62,690 nucleotides of DNA, filler included, from Choristocarpus tenellus KU-1152 (GCA_964200185.2; 12 parts of 12 records of this genome joined end to end with filler, not necessarily neighbours in it); one strand, 5' to 3'; numbered from the whole stretch's first letter, positions 35,131-50,075 are shown. The notes: generated by a model from the sequence alone, not told the origin. Numbers and translations are program-made.

Positions 35131-38100
35131 GTGAGGAAAAGAGTTGATTTACGAAAGCCATTCAGGTTTCACAATACACAAACAACCATTAGTCAAAAGT
35201 GGGGTGACAAAGCAAAAAAAAAAAAAAACACATNNNNNNNNNNNNNNNNNNNNNNNNNNNNNNNNNNNNNNNNNNNNTTAATTAATTAANNNNNNNNNNN
35301 NNNNNNNNNNNNNNNNNNNNNNNNNNNNNNNNNGTGAAAAACGGATGCTGACACCCCCCCCTAGATACTTTGACCCTTTCCCCCCTGACACATCTGTAAA
35401 ATGTCAGAGGGTATAATAATAAAATATATATGAAATGATAAATTGGAGAGGTAACCCTTCATACGTACGTAATATACGCCATACACGATTTTGGTCGTAT
35501 TTATAACTTTGACTTTCTCCACATTATACGTCATCTTTCACAAGTCACATGTGCTTCCATACGCGTTTAAATATCTTAGCTTTATCTTGTTTTTATTTCA
35601 TACTTCCTCTGTTTTGAAAAATAGTGTAGATTGGGATTTCTATTATTGTGCCTCTTTTGCTGAACCTAGTGTCCAGGAGGCTTATCATCATCATAGAGGT
35701 GGAGCATCTGAGTCAAACTAATTGAGAGGTAGGCAGGGTTACATTTTAAGGATCCCAAGAAAGGGAAAAAATATGTCATTTTGTAAATTGCAGGAAGACC
35801 CTTTGATTAATTGTAGTATCACTTTTTGTGTATGAAAAGAGGGAAAATCAATTCTGCAACACTAATGTACACGCAAAGCAATGACATAGAATATATTGCA
35901 CAGGGTAACAAATATGGCTTAGAATGAAAAAGGGTCAAAACTTTCCTAACTCTAAATTTGTTTGACTCTTCTGACCGTCCTAGCAGATGAAAGACTCTTT
36001 ATCATCCACATGTACACAAACTCGTTGAAATGTTGGCAGCTCTCTGGGTATCCATCCATGTCCCCCCACCTCAACCTCTGCATTTTGCACTCATCATCTG
36101 TAAATAACGACTTAAGAAATAGGTTGAGCATGTCCCAAAACCCAGCTTCATTTTGTCACACAGATTGGACAGCGGGAAACCCAGCTGTGTCGCCAGGGTG
36201 TGCTGCATCGTGCGTTTTTTGTGGGAATCATTTTGCTGGTACCTCGTAGATGACTGGCGTACTTCACTTAGTGTCAGATTGTTTATTTGAAATCCCGGAC
36301 ATCGTTTGAGCGCCTCGTATGCCTAGCGTGTGCCTGGAAGGGCTCTAACTAGGATTCTAACTTGAGGTGTTGGTTTCGCCCTTCTTTGTGGTCCTTTGCC
36401 TTCCCAAAAATTACAAATATATGTCACTTGAACGTAACATTTTTGAAATGACCAATTAGAGTGTTCTTTTAACGAAAGATAGTGAAGAATTCGGCTTGAA
36501 ACGTTCGTTGGCAGGAGTGAGTTACACAGTTTGATGTCCAATTCTACACTATTTTCTTAACATAGAGTACCATCTAGTAGTTTGTACTGAGCCAATCCAA
36601 TTGGGAAATAGGCAAGGTTAGACCCTTTTGCATTCTAAGTCATATTTCTTACCCTTTGCAATATATTCTATATATCATGGTTTCATGTGCCCAATCGTGT
36701 TGCAAATTTGATTTTCCCTCTTTCCACATACGCAAAGTGAGCCCGCAATTAAGCAACGGATCTTTCTCCAATTATTGTACCAAATGGTTTCTTTTTATCC
36801 ATTCTTGGGATTCTAAAAATGCAACCCTGGCTACCTCTGAATTGGTTTGGCTCATTATTATGCCTGCTGACATTTTCCAGGTATGTCCTATGTCAGGGGA
36901 GCGAAAAGGCAAAGAAGATAAGTCTACAAATACCTCGTAATACATTATTATGTACCGAAAATCTTAAAAATACTCTGTACTTCATGAAAACTGCATTGGA
37001 TATTGAAAATATTTACGAAATCTGTACAATATTTGATCTACTAGGGACTACAAAATTTGCATCCTGACTTGTGGTTAGAGACTTTGCTATTGATATGATC
37101 ACTTAATATGTGGGGACTATCCGACCACATGCGGTCAGAGGCACGACCTACACCACTACTTCCTCATACTACTGTAAACTGTTGCACCTACTAACTATGA
37201 CTAGTTGAATGGCATTTCTACGATTTTTTCCTTTTCGCGCGTTGGGTTCTTCGGCTATCTCACCATTCATGGGACCATCTCCTCCCTCCTCTTGATATAC
37301 CATACTACTTGCAGTTCGTGGCGCCTCCAAACATGTATGGGGATGATCTCTAGATGAAATTAAGGACGAAAAAATATATATTAATATTATCATAAAATAT
37401 ATATATATATTAATATTATCATTAAAAAAAAAAAATGGGAAATGGTTCGGAGTTTGGACAGGATGTAGTAAAAACACTTTATGATAATCTTCCTGTGTGC
37501 ATCCCATCTTTGAATATGTGTTGAAAAAATCGTCGTCTTCCTCCTCTTCTTCTCATACAGAAAAAATAGTGAAATAGGTATAGGGATGATGTTGAAGTCC
37601 TCCTGTCATACAAACCAATGGAGTTTATTATACAGGGGACAACGGCGCACCAAAGTTATTTCACACAACACACACATACACTACCTACAAAATTCAAACT
37701 TAATACTATATTTATTTTGTTTTGTTTCACATTGTATTTCGTAGATACTACTTACAAATTGAGATCCCTTACGGGGATTCTATATGGAACCTAGATTCAG
37801 GAAAAAGAAAAACATTTTGGAGGAAGCAACGAACGATAAAGGTTGGTCACGGAAGTCCATAGCCATCATTTTGAACGATTATTGAGATAATACAATGATT
37901 TCCCATCACTACTTGAAAGGAGTATAAATTGATTCAATAGAAACACTATCCAGTCGTATCTCCACAACAACAACTCCTACTACGTACACTGTGCAACTGT
38001 GTGGTGCTGCCCCTTGTACTGTGTTGGTCATGGTAATAACCAAGCATCACCATGAAAAGGAGCAAAGAAGAGGTCATCATGTTCTCCCTGATGATTTCAT

Positions 38101-39457
38101 GCGCCTTGCCTACCTACCTTCTTTCCTTCAGGTCAGCAGCGAACTGGATACGATTGTGCATCCGTTAATCAAAACATCTAAACATTCATATACCGCATGT
38201 CTTCGTAAGGCAGACGTCTAGGGAAAGCAACTTGACCACAAAGCTAATCCCCAAACCACCAAATCGATCATGCATACAACACGGTTTCACACTTATATCC
38301 CATTGGGTTGAAGTTTGTATTGGTAGTCACGGACACGTAACAACCCTAATTACTTTGTTGCTACTTCGTTCCCCCACTTGCACATTGATAACTTTAGGCC
38401 CTGAGCACGGATGGACATCTGCCTAGTGGAACTCCCGAATTACTGGGCGAGGATACGGTCCGCTCCTTATCCGAGGTTTGTGATGAAACTTACCAATAGG
38501 GGCAAGATCAAAAAATAATACACCCCGTTTCATATGCAACCATCCCGCAAACATTGCACTCTGAACCATATATTCTTGATGCGATAAATAGGTAAGAACT
38601 GATGAGAGAGACAGAATACACATGAAGTCGACCAAGGATTAATGTGTCTCCTGTCGAACTTTTGGAGTCTCAAATTTATCACTAGGCGCAATCAATATGT
38701 GCACTCTATAACCGTGGAAAATCTTTATTTGCGACAAGGACTCTTACAACACATACAAGTATGGCTATCGTATCTGCACATTCTACACTCCAACACCCTC
38801 ATCACTCGATCAGATAGTGAAAATGTTGATATCGATTTCCAACTGCTTCACCAATATTCAACACCGTCAAAATTTGGAACACACCCAATTGTTACAAACA
38901 CCGCTCTCACGTAAAAGTACGTGCGCTAGGTACTATAACCCAGCACTAGCATCTGATTCAAATGCACAATCCCCATTCTTCAAATTTCGATCTTCCTCAC
39001 CCCTTACTCCATGCTTATTTCTTCCATAAGAAGCGAGTGAGCGGGTCACACCCACCAATTTGCTAGCGTCTTGCCTATATTTACTACCCGAGGATTGAAC
39101 CAACAACGTAGAAGTAGAGGAGGTTTTTGAGAAGTCTTTAACTTTGTGATCTCAAGGAAATGCAGATTCCAGATCCATGATGGTTATCCAATTATAGTTT
39201 GGATGTTTTGTAAGCGAAAGTAGAAGGGGAAGAACTACTCAACGAAAGGTGAAGAGGGACAAGTTAAAGGTGATCCCTTCTACCTGTAGGAGGGTACGTA
39301 TGACGCACTTGGTAGTGTTCGTTGCTGCCTTGTGCATCTATTAGTTTGAGATAAGAGAAATTTCATGATTGCAAGCGGAGTTGTCGAATACTTGGGGACG
39401 GAAATTTGAAATCTCTAGGGATGACCAAGATGCAGACAGCTGGAAGTTTACGTAGGA

Positions 39458-40632
39458 TTGAGACAAAAGAACCATGGAATCAATCAACTACATAGTTCGA
39501 CCGTTCCCCAAACTTCTCTGGATGCTATCCTACACTACATACAGCAAATCCGTCTCAAATGCGGTCAGGGGAAGGAGATCTCGTTCGGCGAACAGGGCGC
39601 TGTGGAGACCAATGGTAAGCCATTGAGATATGTACCTTTTCTTTTTCATTAACTACTAAAGTTAGGACCAATTGCTGGTCTTCCTCAGCTCTCACACCCT
39701 ATTCACATTGGTGACTCCCCAATTTATTTATGCCACTTACTCTTCACGTCGCAAAGGCTTTTAATCGGTACACTTTTGTGGCATGTTTTTCTATTCTTAT
39801 TGGAGGGTGTACGCCAAGAGTTTCTCAACGTATGTCTACGCCTCTATCCTAAATGATGAACGATGCATCTGTAGTAGAGGTAGTCGATCCTTGGAACTAT
39901 GAAAGACCCAACGAAGGAGAAATGGCAACAACAGCACCTCCTCGAGGTCACCCTCATTTCTAATATATGCGCGTTTTACGTCACAATGACATCCACACGA
40001 ACGAAACACAGCAGCTGCAATGGAGAAAGCGATCAAGTGTTTGAATGACCAAGCAACAGAACTACAGCAGATCAACACGCAAGAATTCGACATGACCACA
40101 GATATGCTGGAGGTCTTTCGTAGCCGAGTAACAGCGAGTGGGAAACAGGGACGTGATTATGTAGATGAGATCACCAAAGGGAAGGAATCCTCTTGCTTTA
40201 ACCACGGCAGGGAATCTGTTCACCACAAGGGTGGACGCATTGGTGGGTCGAGGAAGAAAGGGTGAGTGGTGGGCTGAAGTAATATTTGTCGCTACCAAAA
40301 CGCTGTAGGATGAAAATTTTACTCTCATATTGTAGCTGAAGGTGGGGTACCTTTCCTTGTGCACATGCTTCAAAAGGAAGAATTCGAGCTCCGTTCAGAC
40401 CATGATCGCTTTCTGAGCTTAAAGTCGTCTCTCGTTGAATTACCAAGGAAACGCAATAAATTCTGCAGGGAAGTTGAGTTTATTTTCTTCCTTACTACTG
40501 CACTTCAAACACTTCTTACCACCCACAGGTACGATCACGCAACTACCAAGATACTCGAGGGATGGTTCCTAGAACACAAGGATGACCCATATCCCAATCA
40601 TGAGCAGAAGATGAGCCTTGCAAATGCTGTGG
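39458..40632 (+). pseudogene. TALE-class homeobox gene, truncated or degenerate (helix 3 not found)
   Basis: LPRKRNKFCR|YDHATTKILEGWFLEHKDDPYPNHEQKMSLANAVGLSYQQ: WF...H...PYP TALE signature; upstream helical exons at 39470-39615 and 40020-40260; no WFxNxR exon located downstream. Confidence 0.75.
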
Positions 40633-40750
40633 GCCTCTCCTACCAGCAGATGTGAGAAGAGCCTGCAATGTTTTTTTTTTGTGTGTGTTGGTTGACAAAG
40701 GGGAAAATACCTTTGGCTATACTGTATCCTCAAAATTAGCAGTTTGTTAT

Positions 40751-41008
40751 GAGCCAAAGTATCTGAGAGGGTAGAGGGGCATCCATTTCAGTGCCACAAT
40801 CCAATGTTGCGATTTTGATGTAGTTTTGGCCATCGTGTTTGTTAGGAAGTGTAAATTTCCTTGTTCTGGACACACCTCTTCATAACGTATATATTTTACC
40901 TACTCGAAACATTTTGCTGTTGGAAAATGTCATACAAAAACCCATGGGAAGCCAAGCCCCGAATGGACGAACAGGGCGATGCTCGTACCCTCTAAGATAC
41001 TTCAACCC
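40751..41008. mobile_element. MITE family A copy with degenerate right end
   Basis: GAGCCAAAGTATCTGAGAGGGTAGAG...CTCGTACCCTCTAAGATACTT. Confidence 0.85.
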
Positions 41009-44000
41009 TATGCCCCATGGTCGTGAGAACTTAGTATTATGTGAAGGCACAGTTCAACATGATATTCATTGCCTACCTAATTGAAGAGATGCAGTAGGCA
41101 GTATACCAATGATGCATCTCAACAACTTGATCCATAGAACACAATAACATATTTCGACATGACAGAGGCTTCAATGTATGATATTTCAGTGGGGTCATTT
41201 TGATATATACAATAGTACCTGGATCAGGTAAGTGCTTGAAGTTGCTAAGTGCTTGAGTGTAAAAATTTCAAAGTAATTACAGTTCAGGTAGTGCATGGTG
41301 TCATTTTAATTTGCCTCTGAGATCCTCCACTGATTAGAAATCATTTAATGTCAGCCATAGGGTTTTACTTTTGACCTACACTTGATTGAATACGTACATG
41401 CAAAAATATTTGTTGTCCATTCTACTCATATTTCACAAGAACAGTTGGTTATCTCGACCAATTGAATACCTTTCTGGGATAAGGATGCGATTACTTCTGC
41501 TCAAAGTAAAGAGAACTCGACTACATAGTGCCAACGGAACAATCGTTTCAGGGCTGCTGAGCTTCTATTATTGTGTATTTTTGAGGTGTTGTTGGTCTCA
41601 TAATACATAACGATCAGGAAAAACATATGTACTATAGTAGATGAGAATATAGAAGATTGATCGTCTGGGCCAAGGTTCACGGCGAGCAAGCAGTATGCTC
41701 TCAAGAAATTAGACCCTCAACTGGTGATGGACAATGCAGAAAGGTTTGAGGGTAAATGCAATATTGTACATGTGTTCACACATGGCATAGTATGCGATTG
41801 AAATGGGAACTTTTGGGGGTGTGGGCACGAGCAGATGGCGTGAGGAACAACCGAATAATCAGCTTGAAATTATTCTGTTATGATTTAATTGCCATTGATA
41901 GGATGAGGTCGATTTTAGTTGGCGCTGGTTCAGAAAATATTGTCTGGAAACTGACCCGGCCCATGGTGAGAGGCATTACACACTGCAACTACTCTTCATG
42001 CATTATGAGGTAGGAGGAAGTGAACCCCACATGCGAAGGAAGGCATGAATGAAGGTAGCACAACAAAAAGTAGTCAATTGTAGTGTAACAAAGTAGTAAT
42101 ATAATTAGTTCAGTATGTAGTGTCTCTTAACACGGTCCAGGATAGTCCCCAGACGAGAGTAAAGATGATAATGCATCCAACCATGAGTCCGGATAGTCCC
42201 CAATAGCCCAAAATGAATAGGATACGGTTTCAAGTACCAACATGTCGTTGTACAGTTAATACAGTTTTGAAGAAGCAAGTTTATTGAAAACAGCTATTTT
42301 GCAGAAGTTCTATAATCTCGTAGTTCATTTGGTCCTTGACTTATCCCTCCCCCAACACATCTGCAAATAGTAGTGGCCATAGCATAATAAATGGAAGGTT
42401 TAGGAGTAAGACATAAATCGTTGACAAAATGCTCGAATTTATACCATTCACTGCAGAAATGTCATACATTTCCACCATCAGTTTGTTAGTAAGTGGAAAT
42501 TAAGAAATCTCCAGGTTAAACTAATAAATTGATTACATGAAAATGTGTTGAAGACTCAAAAAAGGTCCATGAAGAAGGTCAATGATCGTCCTTATGAATC
42601 AGTGCTTCAGGGGGATGCTCCTGTTCATATTTTGTGGGCTTGAATCCCATCGACTCCAGACTTTAATTTCTGGAAATCTAGATGCAAGTATCCAAAGTTT
42701 ATGTGACAAGCACAACTTTTACACCTTCAGTCCGAATCATCATATCTTTCGCTCTACCACAAAACGCTGAATGAAGAAATGAGGTGGCAATTTCAAAGCA
42801 GAACCTGCACAAGGTTTTAAGGGAGGTGAAGCGATGAGGAGTGGAACGAATGAACCCAATACGTGAGAAGCGAGCTTCGAAATCATTATGATACCCTCCT
42901 CTTGGGTCCTTGGTATAGTTCTCTCTTGTATGGCATGTAGACCATAAACATGATTCCTAGTTGGCATTTTGCATCTTCTCTGAAGGTCAATGTCTCAACA
43001 TTATATTTTTCTCTCTGTTGTGACTCAAAGTATCTGGGGGGGGGTGGCGGCTGTCCGTTCAGGGTCAATTTTTTCATGTCGCGATTTTGGGGTGATTTGG
43101 TTGCATACGTCGGATNNNNNNNNNNNNNNNNNNNNNNNNNNNNNNNNNNNNNNNNNNNNTTAATTAATTAANNNNNNNNNNNNNNNNNNNNNNNNNNNNN
43201 NNNNNNNNNNNNNNNACCATGATTCCTCATCGCTAGTAGTCTACGCATTTTATCTATATGTACGATGCATTCGATTCAGGTTTCAACAGGAGACACCAGC
43301 TTTGGTCACCAATTTGTGGAAGGATGCGCAGAGTATCGATAGGGCATCCCAAACTTCGAGGATACTTGTATGACGACTCGTGCTCTCTTGCCTCCACGCA
43401 CCTCACCCTCTGTTACAGGTGAATAGCGTGAGTATTTCTTCCTGCGCTTTAACTGGTGTGAGCAGTGTACGCGCGTGTGGAACCCCAAAAGGGGGAACTC
43501 CGATTTGCTAAGAGTTGCAGAGTGAAATCTGGTACTTGGGAAGGCTGCAACGGTTCTCAGATGCGCATTCCAACGTATGTAAACCAAAGAAACAAAACGG
43601 TGAATGATGATAAGATATCCTAAAACGGCGCAGATCCCAAACGATTCAAGCCCCCCCAGGGCTCACTCTTTATCTGCTACCAATTCTCATATTCATGCGT
43701 ATTGCTTCATTAAGAGTACCCCTGAAATGCTTACCTGATATACATTAACCTGTGGATTGAACCCTCTTGACTGTCGCAGTATCCTGGGAGCCCTGTACGA
43801 ACATCAGCGTCATCTATAGGTCTGCGGATTGGAGCTATACATCCTGTGGAGGTAAGCTTCTGGAGCATGCTGTAACTGGAGGTCCTACCTTGTCTCTTCA
43901 AACCGGAGATAATACTCATTATTCACCTCAGCACTTAGGATTCTTGGTAGCTATCTACTATGACCTGGATTTTCTTCGGCTTGGTTTCTTTGTCTCCTTG

Positions 44001-44012
44001 GATGATCTTGGA

Positions 44013-44266
44013 GAGCCAAAGTATCTTAGAGGGAAAGCTGTGTCCATTTGGGGGTCAAATCCAATGTTGCGATTTGATGTAATTTTGGCTATCACGTTTG
44101 TTAGGAAAGTGTCAATATCCTTGTTTCGGACACACCTTTCATAACGAACACATTTTACTACTCCGACACATTTTGGAGTAGAAAAATGTCATAAAAACCC
44201 CGCGGAAAGCCAAGCCCAAAATGGACGAACAGGGCAAAACTCGTACCCTCTAAGATACTTTCACTC
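44013..44266. mobile_element. MITE family A, full length (254 bp), TSD TGGA
   Basis: TGGA|GAGCCAAAGTATCTTAGAGGG...CCCTCTAAGATACTTTCACTC|TGGA. Confidence 0.92.
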
Positions 44267-46423
44267 TGGAGCGCTTTCACCCCGTCTACTGGATTTTCTT
44301 CTGCTTGGTTTCGTCGTCTCCTTGAGTGGTCTTGGAGCACTTCCATCACCTCCTAACTTGGAGGAAGGGACTGGAATGATGGCATATGTGGTTCCAAGGG
44401 AAGCACCATACACCTCCAATCGTGAACAAGTGGTCTCTGACCACCATGGTATAGACATTGCCTAGGTAGTGATTTCCCGCCATTCGTACACTGACATTCC
44501 CGATCTCTTTTTCGTGTGCCACATTGCCTTTTTATTTCCCAGGTTCACAGACATGTCTGGCTCACAGAGTTCACAGAGACTTCAGAATCGAGGTCATTTC
44601 TGATGCACAGATTCCTCGAGGAATCAATGATTCGGAGAGGTTCCAGCCTACTACAGCATCTCACGAAAATTCCCACAGCAGCCGTGTCTACTCCACCGAA
44701 CGCCGAGGCAGGTCTAGAGAACGTGTTCACTTTCGGTCTTCCACTAGTGGCAGATCCCGTTCCAGGACGAGATCCCGGAACAGACACTCCACACGAGACG
44801 CACGGCGGACAGAGAAGGGCACAGAGGCCGAACCCGTTCATCTGGACGTCGCAATCGAATAAGAGCTTCCACTCCACACAGGTCTGTATCACCGAGGTCA
44901 TCTCAGAGGGAAGGCGCGATTACGGTACATTGTCACTGAGAGGTGGAGGCACAATTGTGAAGCGAAATTAATGAGTTGCATGCACAGGCTGAATTGAATG
45001 AGTCTCAACCCGGTAGACAAGAGCTAGGAAGAACAACCTCTCAAAATCTCGACATGCGTTACCACGAAGACTGTCTAAAAACTATGGAGCACAATCATAA
45101 GAAACTCAGAGGCCCAGACAAAAGGGCCCCGTTTTTCAAGGAGTACCTGCAGATACCTCCACCCCCACATGACCAATAATCCCGTTTTTTTCGCTGATGC
45201 TCTCACCAAGGCTCTCGGGAGAGTTAAAGGAGGGTTGTGGGCATTACCTAAAGACTGATCCCGCAACCATCATGCATCACGTCCACGCAGTGATGCCCTA
45301 ACTCCCTTCCGAATCAAGCTCCTCAAGAAAATCTTGTCTAACTCCCTCCGAACACACAGCGATCCTCTGAGCGACTCTTTTACAGTTGAAGTCCCAAGCG
45401 TCACAGGGCATGTAGACACAGCATGGAGGGCTTTCTTAACATAGCTGAGGCGTTTGCATTATTTGATGTTTGGAGCATATGTTATCCTTGACTGGATGTA
45501 TGCTCACTCCCCCTCAACAAATAACATGGCTATAAGTCCCAACGTGGGGTGGAGTCCTTACAAGCTATAATAGACCAGTTCCTGTGGTTGAACTATCTGT
45601 AATTCAGTTGAATTCTTGAGATCTGACCATAGGATTGAGCGCGGCACTAGAATTGGCTGGGGAAGGCCAACACGTGATCGCTGGGGCTTACTGGAGCTTG
45701 GAATGCACACAACCGGGCAGAACCCAGCATAGGTACTTGATTGACAGGGTCCAATATGTCAATGAACGATGGAGATGGACCTGGCGCAGCCTGGGGGGGG
45801 TTGCGTGAGACTAATTGATCTAAATTGCAGATAGCGCAGCATATTCAACCTCCACGGGTTGAGAGACTTGCTGAGAAGGAGGTGTGGGAGTTTCTGACAT
45901 CTCGACGCGAATACAAGATGAGTGTTAGGATGCAACACTCTAAAGGAAGAGTACAAATTGCATTTATCACGCTATCTGAGTCCTTAACCGTTGCTTAGAG
46001 ACGAGCACTGGTGTTGGGCGAACTAAAAACAATTGGGTTGCAGCGACAGAGGAGCAACTCCTTAAAGCGCTTAAGAAGGTGGCGAAAGTTGATGACGAAA
46101 GCAGAACCTTTGACATTGGGCAAATCCAAAGGGATTTATAGAGGGTGGCCCGGATGGGAAATGAAGGCTCCGCCGCGGATAGGGCAATGGATATGATCCA
46201 GGATATTGAGGGCTATCTGGAAGATTATAATCTGATGGTGCTTTCCGAAATAATGCTGGACAAGTAGGAGAGACTTGGAGGCAGGGCTGGGAAAGGTACT
46301 CTCAGAGCCCTTTATTGCAGGGCTTAAACCCCCTGCGTTTAAGGCTTCTAAGTATGTAGCTTGGGATCCTGGTAAAGGAGGAAGCCGCAAATTGGAGAAT
46401 GTATGAGAGGACCCAGGATTATG

Positions 46424-46463
46424 GAGCCAAAGTATCTTAGAGGGCAGAGCCGCGTCCATTTGG
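46424..46463. mobile_element. MITE family A end truncated by contig break
   Basis: GAGCCAAAGTATCTTAGAGGGCAGAGCCGCGTCCATTTGG. Confidence 0.85.
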
Positions 46464-49400
46464 NNNNNNNNNNNNNNNNNNNNNNNNNNNNNNNNNNNNN
46501 NNNNNNNTTAATTAATTAANNNNNNNNNNNNNNNNNNNNNNNNNNNNNNNNNNNNNNNNNNNNAAGGGGTCGTGTGAGGCTTCACACCTTCTTATGTTCA
46601 CTACTGACAAATAGCATTATCTCCCAAGGTAATTTGCACAAGCATCAACAATGTTGAACTCTATCCGGACCCCAACCTCATAGACTCCCCAAAGGGTCCC
46701 CTAAGAACACCATATTGGTTCATCATATTACTCATATGTTCAAACTAAGACTCGTGCATATAATTTGTTGAGTCCACCCAGCGTAAGAGTAAAGCCTCTA
46801 CCGATGAATATGTATGCAACAACAAAGGATAGGCACCTCTCGACTCCGTTATTCAACCTGAGAGACCAACTAAGCAAACTTGTTTAGCCCTTGTATAGTC
46901 TCAACATCCACATACTTTGCTGTCCTACCAAGTTACTGCTGCAAAATAAAGTACAAATTACAACAATCAAAATCCCTCACTAAGGCATATATCAATATAG
47001 TAGAAACGTAACCATGTGTATTGATAGGCACTAACCCAATCAATGATTTCCACCTGCATGTCACGGGCAGCTCGCATTCATGGTAAGTTCTTGTAACATA
47101 CTCTCACTGATCCCGTTGTCAATCAAAACCTCAATCCTGTTCTATTGTTGTTAATCGAGGACTCATAATCTGTGATTTCTAAATCTGTCAGCAATCAAGA
47201 CGGGCTCCCCATCTACCTCAATAAAACCATTTTATGTTCAAATGATGATCCAGGGGTGCCAGGGATTCCAGTCCGTATCTTTTTTGTGTGAATGACTTCA
47301 AGATAGTAATGAAGTGTGGTGCATATAGACTACAGACAAAGCATTGCCCCTATTTGCCTGTCACTTATGAATTCTATCTGCCCTTCTGACCCTGACATCA
47401 CCATTTCCTTATCTCGATAAAGTTATTCACGTTGGTGAAGAGGGGAAAGGCGTAGTTTTTCTCATTTTTCTTGCTTCGCAGAAATTTATCCTTACACTTC
47501 CCTGCCCTTTGACCCATTGTAACCCTAAGCTTCTCAGGGCGTTTGTGCGCAAATTAAGGAGTGCTTGTAAGGATTTTTTTTCTGATGATATCCCGCCGAG
47601 ATGTTGATTGCTGGCATTTTGACATCGCAGGAATGTAACTCAAAGTACAAAAATGCTGCGGCAGATTATGACCCAGACAACCCCTACATACACAGATTGT
47701 ACACTCTTTACCGTTCTTCTTTTTTGGGTCCTTTGGTTTCTTGACCTCTTACCTGCTTCCATGTACTTTTGTTAGGATTAATTATATTTCTTTCTGCTTG
47801 AGGGATCGTTTTCTTTTCTCGTTGCCCATGTAATTTGTTTCATTGTCGTACATATGCTTCCACGTTCTTGCGGTTGGGGGTGGGCAGAATAATTATCTTC
47901 TTTAGTCTTTCGTTTATGCATCATAATGGGTATTTCTTCACTTTTTAAAACATTACTGCTCAAAGCAACTTCTATCTAGGTTGCCAATATTTCTTCTTTC
48001 CCTTCGCGCATTCCTTTCCTTCCCTTCCTTGTCAACCTACCTCTCCTCAATTTTCATATATCCTCTCCACAAGCATATATGGCCAAACCTTCACATGCCT
48101 ACCTTCACATGCTCTACGGATTCCGGAAAGAGCTTTCTCTATTCCACATAAGCAATGCAATGTGTGCGTAGAATGCTGGCCTATTATGGATGTTCAATAA
48201 ACTGCCCAGGAAGAACCTGCAGATGTTCCAAACACGTGCAAACATTGCACATGTGACAACAAGATCTACACCCTCCTTCTCCTTCGAGATTAACTCTATG
48301 TATACAGTTATACTACCTGGAGCACTGTGTGACCTCACTCAGATTGAGGAAATTTCATGGCCATGGAGATAACGATTATGGTCACATATGGGCTCAAGGG
48401 TCTGCAAAAGGGGGGTTTAGTGATCATATTGTTGACGTGTCTCAGGATACGGGTGCTTTTTCAACAATACTGACAAGAACACTTGGTGATTTGTCGGTCC
48501 TTATCATGCGAAGAAAGGCCACAATGGTGACCACGGGGGTTTCCGTGTCAGAAGAGGAAATGTTCTAAAAGAGCTGACTTGGCTGTGTACAAAGAGACGA
48601 AAACAAAATGAGTAACCTGAGGATGCTGCTGTTCGAACACACATCCTTCTACAGCAGACAATTTGGCGATAACATAGGGTGTCCTCCGTTCCTTTCCTCT
48701 GGTCAGAAATGTCAGAGTCTTCTCTCAATGTGTTCCCAACAAATGACCCTGGTATGTCTGTATGGTAACCCATATCAAACCCTTATTAACAGGCTTGGAT
48801 TTCACCACATGGAGGTCTCAAACATCTCATACGATGGACTTATGAGGATGGGTCTTCGCACCGTATATTGTATGTACTACTGTAGAACCTAACACTCCAG
48901 GTGCCCAACATTTGTTACTGAATGCACCACGGTATGTGGCAGAAAAATATAGAAGTACGATTTTTTAAATAATGTTACTACGCAGAAGAGTCTATTCTCC
49001 CCCTCACCAAACATGGATACCTGACACCCAACACATTTGATTGTAGGAGTAAAACGAAGTGCATTTTTGAGTCAAGACAAGTACAGTAGTACGAACCATG
49101 TACCTGTAAACTGTTGCCTTGCACACCAAGGTTGATACACGCTAGACCGTTAACAAGGGCATGTGCGGCACTGGTTTTACCTAGACATCGACTGAAAATG
49201 AAAGGGACACCAGTGGGCATGAAATCTCCTGTCTTTTCCTGCCAGGCAAGACCTGCTGCAGCAATTTCGCAGATGTTCGCCTTAATCTTGACCCTGATGA
49301 TGTGGCATGTCAGGTCAATAGGGGAGGTGAAAATCTCCCTGCAAGTGAGGATCTCATCAATGAACTAATATGCTGCACGAACACTTGACTTTAGCGTAAA

Positions 49401-49639
49401 TGCTTTTCAGTATTCAGATCAACTACGATATTGCTATCTTTGTGTTTAAAGGCTTGTCGCCAAGAACTGCTTCTGGGTGTACAGATAGAAAATGCACCGA
49501 CATGTATTATTTTACTGAACTAGAGGCTGGGCCTGTATCATTGTACCACGTGGCATAGTTACCAATCTGACCCACCATACCATTATGCTCGGTACTAATA
49601 TGTATTTTACCGATCATAACATGAACGTATACGAAACTG

Positions 49640-50075
49640 TAGTCCACCAGCAATGGTGTAGCTGCTGCTGCAGAGGTGTGAAAGCGCACCCCCTACGAGG
49701 GCTCTTTTGCCCCTCGTAGCTGTAACCTCAACACCTTCGCAGTGGAAAGTTTAGGGTGCCTCGGCAAGCAAGCGGAAAGTTTTCTGGATGAGCTATCTAC
49801 GCGCATGGTAGAGGGGAGAGGGACAGGAGGCTACAGCAGGAAAGGGGCTGTCAAATTCCTTTTAGGACAGATAGTCTCTGTCACAGCACAATTAACCCCA
49901 TCTAGACGTGTCACGTGTTAAAAGCTGGAGACACCAGGGAGATGGGCAAGGAGGGGCTTGTTAAATTCTTGGGATCTTTCCCTAGCTCCTCACCCCGGGG
50001 TGCATGGCTAAGCTAGGTTGGAGCCACAGGAGGGTAGTGGTGTAGCATAGCTGGTAGTAAAGTAGTCAATAGGTG
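49640..50075 (+). mobile_element. 5'-truncated CRE/R2-like LINE: restriction-like endonuclease C-terminus and 3' tail
   Basis: AAAAEV*KRTPYEGSF....NTFAVESLGCLGKQAESFLDELS...RKGAVKFLLGQIVSVTAQ...SRRV, the E..K..Y/FAVE..G.LG pattern of REL-type LINEs. Confidence 0.75.

Noticed and set aside
44270-46420. Possible retroelement gag/ORF1-like relic
   Set aside because: Coding-like but heavily broken, with no diagnostic motif.
48100-49400. Possible Cys-cluster/KDZ transposon remnant
   Set aside because: Only scattered Cys motifs in short frames; cannot be supported.
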